Positions 58,867 through 64,000 of a stretch of 64,000 nucleotides of DNA are shown here, piece by piece; the first letter of the stretch is position 1; each line of letters starts with the position of its first letter. Location: NCBI GenBank assembly GCA_031260355.1, contig JAIRJZ010000042.1, positions 2,855 to 66,854 of the forward strand. The letters run 5' to 3'. This DNA is from Burkholderiales bacterium. GTDB taxonomy: Bacteria; Pseudomonadota; Gammaproteobacteria; Burkholderiales; Casimicrobiaceae. The notes beneath the pieces are model-generated. The model was given only the letters and a program-made list of their open reading frames with translations, made no database searches and had not been told where the DNA came from. A program made the position numbers and the translations under genes.

Positions 58867-60789
58867 CTACGCTTTGCTTGATGCCGGCAATTCGTCCTCG
58901 TCAACGACATCGGTCAACACCGGATAGTAATCATCTTCGGCAGGCGTAGCGCTCTTGGGCGCCGCAAAACGCAGCGGCCCGGCATCACCGTCCAGCGGCA
59001 CCAGCGTCAATTCCAGCGGCGGGCCTTTGGGGGCTGCCACAGGCGGCGGGGCTTTCTCCGCCAACTTGACCGGTTCCCGGGTAGGCTCCCCTCGGAGAGA
59101 CAGCAGGGAATCAGGCGCTTCCGTCAACGCAAAGGCGACGGCCGATGCAGGCAGGACAGGTGGGGACGGCTTGGCGGGGGCGGTTGCCTCGACGTTCTGT
59201 GTCTTCAGATGGTGATGCTGGAACTCCGTCAGCAATTGCGCCGCCGAATAGCGCGTTGAGAGCGCCTTCGCTTCGCCGGCCTGCTCCTGCCGCCCGGACA
59301 CTGCCGCCGAGGCCGGAGAAGCCTTCTCCGTTGCCGGCGGCGCCGGGATGGGCGATGCCGACACCTGCAAAGGCTCGGCAGCCCTTTCGGGCTCCGCCGG
59401 AGCCGCGCTGCCTGTTTCAAGAACCGCTGTCGGCTGCCTCGGTTCGGCTCCCGCTACCGAAACGGCAGCGCCCGTTTCAGGGGTCGCTGCCGGTGTTTCC
59501 AGCGCCACTTCCTCGGTGATCGCCACCACTCCCGCTTCGGAATGCCCTTCGGCGGCGGTTTCGATCAACGTCGCCACCGGCTCGATCATCTCCGGCTCAG
59601 CGAAAAACGCCTCGTCCAGCTCTGCTTCGTCCATTTCCTCCATGGGAGGCAATACGATTTCTTCAGAGGCCGCTTCGCCGCCAGGCGTTTCTTCCGGTAC
59701 CGGCTCCGTTAACCCAACCGACAACCCAACTGACTCGACCGCTTCGACCTTCGCTTCTTCAACTTCTGCGCTCTCAGGCTCTTGAGACGCTTCAAGTACC
59801 CTCGGCGTCTCGGCAAGCGCCGCTTCTTCGGCGACGCTTTTCTCAATACCCTCTGCCGCCGTCGTCTCTTCCGGCGCCTCCGAAACGACTTCCGTTTCCT
59901 CGGAAGCATCCGGTTCTACGAGAAACCACATTCCCGCCGGTTGCGGGATTTTCTTCGCTTCTTCTGCTATCTTCGCTGCTTCCGTACGGGACAACAACGC
60001 CTCCATCGCCTCGATCACCGTTTCGGCATCGAGATCGGCTGGCGTTTCGTCCGTTTCTTCAATAGGCAACCAAGCCGCTTCTTCGCTGAATGCCGCTTCC
60101 TCCAAGGACACTTCCGGCAAAATTTCCAACACGGCTTCTGCCTCAGCAGGCGCTTCTTCTGTCTCCACGCCGTCGAAGGTCACGGTCGGCGGTGCCGTCA
60201 CATACGAAACGGCGCCTTGTGAAGGCGAAGCCAGCACTTCGGGTGCCGACAAAAACGAAACCACTTCGGAAAACGCCGGAGAAACCGGCACGTCATCCGC
60301 CGACTTCGTTTCCTCAAGCTCGGCAAGCTCCGGCACAGCAGCGGTTTCTGTCTCCGGCACCGCAACCGGCGGCCGTGGTACAAAATCCCACAACAGCAAG
60401 TCGTCTTCTATCGGCAGAGGCACGCTTTCCGGTGCTTCTTCCGGCAAGGTTCCTGCCGCCTGCTCCGCCGCCTCTTCTTTCGCCTCTCCGATGATGGCCT
60501 CCCCGGACACCGCCTCCGGCAAGGGCTCAAAGGGTTCAGGCAACAGCGGTGAAGCCACCGGTACGCCGCTTTCGATCGGCGACGCCTCCCGAACCGACTC
60601 CGCTTCCGGCACGGCCTCGATTTCAACCGACAAGGGTGGCGGGGCGGCGGCGGGTGCCGCCCAAACGATATGTCCCTCCGGCGGCGGCAACGGCGCAGTG
60701 CCTCCCGGTCGCCGATTACGCCGCATCAGCGCATCGACGCTGTCGAGCAGTTCGCGCGCCGTCGGCGATGAAGGGGAAGCGTCTGTCAT
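58867..60789 (-). CDS. Hypothetical highly acidic, Pro/Glu/Ala-rich low-complexity protein (640 aa)
   Basis: The ATG overlaps the holC TGA (ATGA). Only the N-terminus (ARELLDSVDALMRRNRR) and C-terminus (DDYYPVLTDVVDEDE) look non-repetitive. I recognise no family. Confidence 0.6.
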   Translation of the reverse strand: MTDASPSSPTARELLDSVDALMRRNRRPGGTAPLPPPEGHIVWAAPAAAPPPLSVEIEAVPEAESVREASPIESGVPVASPLLPEPFEPLPEAVSGEAIIGEAKEEAAEQAAGTLPEEAPESVPLPIEDDLLLWDFVPRPPVAVPETETAAVPELAELEETKSADDVPVSPAFSEVVSFLSAPEVLASPSQGAVSYVTAPPTVTFDGVETEEAPAEAEAVLEILPEVSLEEAAFSEEAAWLPIEETDETPADLDAETVIEAMEALLSRTEAAKIAEEAKKIPQPAGMWFLVEPDASEETEVVSEAPEETTAAEGIEKSVAEEAALAETPRVLEASQEPESAEVEEAKVEAVESVGLSVGLTEPVPEETPGGEAASEEIVLPPMEEMDEAELDEAFFAEPEMIEPVATLIETAAEGHSEAGVVAITEEVALETPAATPETGAAVSVAGAEPRQPTAVLETGSAAPAEPERAAEPLQVSASPIPAPPATEKASPASAAVSGRQEQAGEAKALSTRYSAAQLLTEFQHHHLKTQNVEATAPAKPSPPVLPASAVAFALTEAPDSLLSLRGEPTREPVKLAEKAPPPVAAPKGPPLELTLVPLDGDAGPLRFAAPKSATPAEDDYYPVLTDVVDEDELPASSKA

Positions 60790-61223
60790 GATCCGCCTCG
60801 GCGACGCGCCGTCAGATTGTGGGCGCGCAGTTCGTAACCGCGTTCCTGGTAATAACGGTAGCGCTGACGGCCTCCCGCCAGCGCCGTTTCGCCGCAGCCG
60901 ATCACTTCCGCCAGCCGCTCGAAACGGCTGAAAAACGACGGCAGAACGGCTTGCATATTGATCAGCACGGCTGCAGGGCCGTCGTGCTCGGGAAGGTGGT
61001 CAACCAGAATCGGCGTCTCGTCCGCCAGCGGGCTGGCCAGTCGGCAATGCGGCAAAAAAGCGTGTGGCGGCTCGACCCACAGGCGCTGATCGAGCGCCGC
61101 CGTCATCGCTTCGTCCTCGGTCAGGACACGCACACGCCCATGCTGGGCGTAGGCTTTCCCCACCAACTGGATGACAACTTCCAGAGGATCGCTGGCGTGC
61201 GTATAAAAGTCGATAACCGTCAT
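60786..61223 (-). CDS. holC: DNA polymerase III subunit chi
   Basis: MTVIDFYTHASDPLEVV...LDQRLWVEPPHAFLPH. Lies downstream of pepA as in many proteobacteria. Confidence 0.85.
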   Translation of the reverse strand: MTVIDFYTHASDPLEVVIQLVGKAYAQHGRVRVLTEDEAMTAALDQRLWVEPPHAFLPHCRLASPLADETPILVDHLPEHDGPAAVLINMQAVLPSFFSRFERLAEVIGCGETALAGGRQRYRYYQERGYELRAHNLTARRRGGS

Positions 61224-61247
61224 TCCGCGATGATAACCCTCCCGTGA

Positions 61248-62750
61248 TCAACCGTCACGGTTTTCCTGGCTCAACAACCAATCGACCAGCAACGGCACTG
61301 GCCGCCCGGTCGCGCCTTTTTCCTTGCCTTCTCTATAAGCCACCCCGGAGATATCGAGATGCGCCCAAGGGTACTTTTTGGCAAAGCGCGACAGGAAGCA
61401 GGCGGCGGTGATACTGCCGGCAGGGCGTCCGCCCACATTCGCGACATCGGCAAAGTTGCTTTTCAGCGCCTCGTGGTAGTCGTCCCACAGCGGCATTGCC
61501 CAAGCGCGGTCGGCGGCATCGTCCCCGGCCGCCACCAGTGCCCGCATCAGTCCTTCGTGATTACCAAAAACGCCACACGCGACATGACCCAGCGCCACCA
61601 CTATCGCGCCGGTCAGCGTCGCGACATCGACCACCGCTTCCGGTTCGTAACGCTCGGCATAAGTCAACGCGTCGGCCAGAATCATGCGGCCTTCGGCGTC
61701 GGGATTCAGAACCTCAATGGTTTGCCCCGACATGCTGGTAATGATGTCGCCCGGCTTGACCGCCCGGCCGGAAGGCATGTTTTCGCACGCCGGTATCAGC
61801 CCGACCACATGAAGATCCGGTTTCAATTCGGCGATCGTGCGGAAGACGCCGAGGACGCTGGCGGCGCCGCTCATGTCGAATTTCATCTGATCCATGTCGG
61901 CCGGCGGTTTCAGCGAAATGCCGCCCGAATCGAAGGTGATTCCCTTGCCGACCAACACCAGCGGCTTTTTCTTGACGCCCGGCCGCTTGTATTCCATCAC
62001 GATGAAGCGCGGAGGCGTTTCACTGCCCTGCGTCACCGCCAGAAACGCGCCCATCTTGAGTTCTTCGATTTCCTTGCGTTCCAGCACCCGCGTTTTGATT
62101 TCGCCCGGATACATCGACGCCAGCTTATGCGCCATCTCGGCCAGATAAGCCGGTGTGCACAGGTTGCCCGGCAGATTGCCGAGGTCGCGCGCCAACTCGA
62201 CGCCCTCGCCCACCGCGATGCCGCGCGCCAGCATGGTTTCACCGATCAACAGATCGGAACGCATCGGCACCGACAGGGTGAGCTTGCGCAATGGTCGCCG
62301 CACATCCGAGCTTTCCGTTTTCAGGTGATCGAAACGGTAAGTGGCGCCGCACGCCGCAATCACCGTATGCTCGATACGCCAGCCGATATCGCGGCGGCGA
62401 ACCTTCTCCTCCGTCAAATAAATCACCGCTTCATAAGCACCGGTTTCATTCAAAAACTTGACCGCGTTGCGAACCGCCGTGTAGTACTCGCGATCACGAA
62501 AATCGCGCTCACGGCCCAAGCCGACCAACAGCACGCGGTCAGCCAACGTATTCGGCACGTTGTAGAGGAGCAGCGTTGACCCCAGACGCCCCTCCATATC
62601 GCCGCGCCGGATGATATCGCTGATATAACCTTTTGCCGCCCGGTCAATTCGTTCGGCCGCCAATGAAAGCTTACGGTTGTCAAACACCCCCACTACCACA
62701 CAAGCTGTCCTTTGCTTCTCAGGGTTTCCGCTTTTTATGGTAAATTCCAT
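61248..62750 (-). CDS. pepA: Leucyl aminopeptidase (M17)
   Basis: MEFTIKSGNPEKQRTACVVVGVF..., metal-site motifs VGKGITFDSGGISLKP and NPDAEGRMILADAL. Confidence 0.93.
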   Translation of the reverse strand: MEFTIKSGNPEKQRTACVVVGVFDNRKLSLAAERIDRAAKGYISDIIRRGDMEGRLGSTLLLYNVPNTLADRVLLVGLGRERDFRDREYYTAVRNAVKFLNETGAYEAVIYLTEEKVRRRDIGWRIEHTVIAACGATYRFDHLKTESSDVRRPLRKLTLSVPMRSDLLIGETMLARGIAVGEGVELARDLGNLPGNLCTPAYLAEMAHKLASMYPGEIKTRVLERKEIEELKMGAFLAVTQGSETPPRFIVMEYKRPGVKKKPLVLVGKGITFDSGGISLKPPADMDQMKFDMSGAASVLGVFRTIAELKPDLHVVGLIPACENMPSGRAVKPGDIITSMSGQTIEVLNPDAEGRMILADALTYAERYEPEAVVDVATLTGAIVVALGHVACGVFGNHEGLMRALVAAGDDAADRAWAMPLWDDYHEALKSNFADVANVGGRPAGSITAACFLSRFAKKYPWAHLDISGVAYREGKEKGATGRPVPLLVDWLLSQENRDG

Positions 62751-62845
62751 TTTGTCCTCTTTTATATTCACTTTAGAAAGGCGCCGGAATAAAAAGGCGC
62801 CGAAGGCGCATTATCGGCAAACTGCCGTAGAAAATCAAAATTTTT

Positions 62846-63934
62846 ATGATCTTCAGGCGCAGCCTCATCCGCGAACTCACCATTAATGCCGCCGGCTTGT
62901 TTCTCGTGGCGCTCGCCATTCTGTTCACCAACCTGGTGTTGCGTTTGCTGAAACTCGCCGCCGGTGGTCGGCTCGATACGGAAGGCATTTTGCCGATGCT
63001 CGGTTTTTATGCGCTGCAATACCTTCATATCTTGCTGGCCATCACGTTGTTCCTGACGGTCTTGCTGTCGCTGACGCGCGCCTACCGTGACAGCGAAATG
63101 ATCGTCTGGTTCTCGGTCGGACAACCGCTGGTTGCCTGGGGGCGCCCCATTCTGGGATTTGCCGCCCCTTTTCTGGTAGCGATCGTCGCTTTGTCGCTGT
63201 TCCTGACGCCTTGGGCGCAGCAGCAGCGGTTGCAGTATGAAAAGCAACTGGAGTCACGCGACGAACTGTCGGTGCTGGCGCCTGGACTGTTTCGCGAATT
63301 CAAGCGAGCCGGGTTGGTGGTGTACATTGAAAGCATCAATCCGTTCACCGGCACGATCAAGAACATTTTTCTGCAATCGATCAACAAGCCGCGCAGCGAA
63401 ACCTTGTCCGCGCAATCGGCCATCATCGAAACCTACCCGAACGGCGACCGCTTCCTCGTGATGTCGCAAGGTAGCCGCAATGTCGGCACCCCTGGAGAAG
63501 CCGATTACCAGATCGTTGAGTTCGAGCAGCTAGGCCGCCGCATCGACCCTGCCGAAACCGAGTCCATCGAGCCGACGATCCGCGCCACGCCGACGCTCGA
63601 ACTGCTGAAATCTGACGAAGCGCCGGAAGCCGCCGAACTGTTCTGGCGCTTGTCGATTCCGCTGATGGCGCTGATGCTCACTTTGCTGGCGTTGCCGCTC
63701 AGCCACGTCAACCCGCGCATGGGACGCTCGTTCAACCTGCTGGCCGCCGTCTTGCTGTATTTGATCTATTCCAACAGCCTCAACATCGTTCAGAGCTTGA
63801 TCGCTCAGGAGAAACTGTCGTTCTGGGCGGGATTGCTGTTGCCGCACGGAATAGCGGCACTGCTGATAGGACTGTTGCTGTACCACCGCACCCGGATTTA
63901 CACCTTCTGGCGGCCGCCGCCTGCCGCCTCATGA
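62846..63934 (+). CDS. lptF: LPS export ABC transporter permease LptF
   Basis: MIFRRSLIRELTINAAGLFLVALAILF. Divergent from pepA. The stop overlaps the lptG ATG. Confidence 0.9.
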   Translation: MIFRRSLIRELTINAAGLFLVALAILFTNLVLRLLKLAAGGRLDTEGILPMLGFYALQYLHILLAITLFLTVLLSLTRAYRDSEMIVWFSVGQPLVAWGRPILGFAAPFLVAIVALSLFLTPWAQQQRLQYEKQLESRDELSVLAPGLFREFKRAGLVVYIESINPFTGTIKNIFLQSINKPRSETLSAQSAIIETYPNGDRFLVMSQGSRNVGTPGEADYQIVEFEQLGRRIDPAETESIEPTIRATPTLELLKSDEAPEAAELFWRLSIPLMALMLTLLALPLSHVNPRMGRSFNLLAAVLLYLIYSNSLNIVQSLIAQEKLSFWAGLLLPHGIAALLIGLLLYHRTRIYTFWRPPPAAS

Positions 63935-64000
63935 ATACGCTGCGACGTTACCTCCGTCATGAAATCCTGATCGCCACGTTGTTTCTGCTCACCGTGCTGG
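63931..64000 (+). CDS. lptG: LPS export ABC transporter permease LptG (5' fragment, runs off the window)
   Basis: MNTLRRYLRHEILIATLFLLTVL. ATGA overlap with lptF. Confidence 0.7.
   Translation, partial: MNTLRRYLRHEILIATLFLLTVL

Overview
This is a 64-kb chromosomal segment from a GC-rich proteobacterium. The taxon is an inference: gene order (cmk-rpsA-ihfB-lapA-lapB, pepA-holC divergent from lptF-lptG, ffs next to dnaX) looks beta/gamma-proteobacterial, most likely Betaproteobacteria. I can support about 50 protein genes, 2 tRNAs (Thr-CGU, Ala-CGC) and the SRP RNA.

Most genes are housekeeping:
- Replication and repair: dnaX, recG, rmuC, holC, comEC.
- Translation: rpsA, alaS, def, prmB, rlmB.
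- LPS and envelope: hldA, udg, lapAB, lptFG, mltF.
- Transport: a gltIJKL-type amino-acid ABC system and modABC.
- Cofactors and metabolism: ribDE, nrdR, glyA, pckG, nnr, plus selenium use (selD, mnmH).

Small, visibly AT-richer islets interrupt this backbone:
- a tRNA-Thr-adjacent islet with an orphan membrane protein, a degenerate recG 3' fragment and a Leptospira-type cimA;
- a Tat-lipoprotein DUF362 gene with a TonB-dependent receptor;
- mazEF plus an orphan ORF coupled to alaS;
- an eptA/mcr-family phosphoethanolamine transferase;
- a GIY-YIG nuclease gene.

I found no complete, recognisable defence or secondary-metabolite system. The most unusual property is the very high load of hairpin-forming repeat families that fill most intergenic spacers. 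These include GTCATT...AATCC REP-type units, G/C-run 'SPLPxGERG' hairpin composites, and a 121-bp TIR-bounded MITE-like element. Two observations stand out. Repeat units sit in-frame inside two intact genes (recG and an MtfA-like peptidase), resembling Rickettsia palindromic elements. A GIY-YIG gene is bracketed by inverted REP units, like a RAYT/REPIN arrangement but with a different nuclease fold.

All calls come from reading the sequence and ORF translations. No database search was run, and GC statements are by eye.
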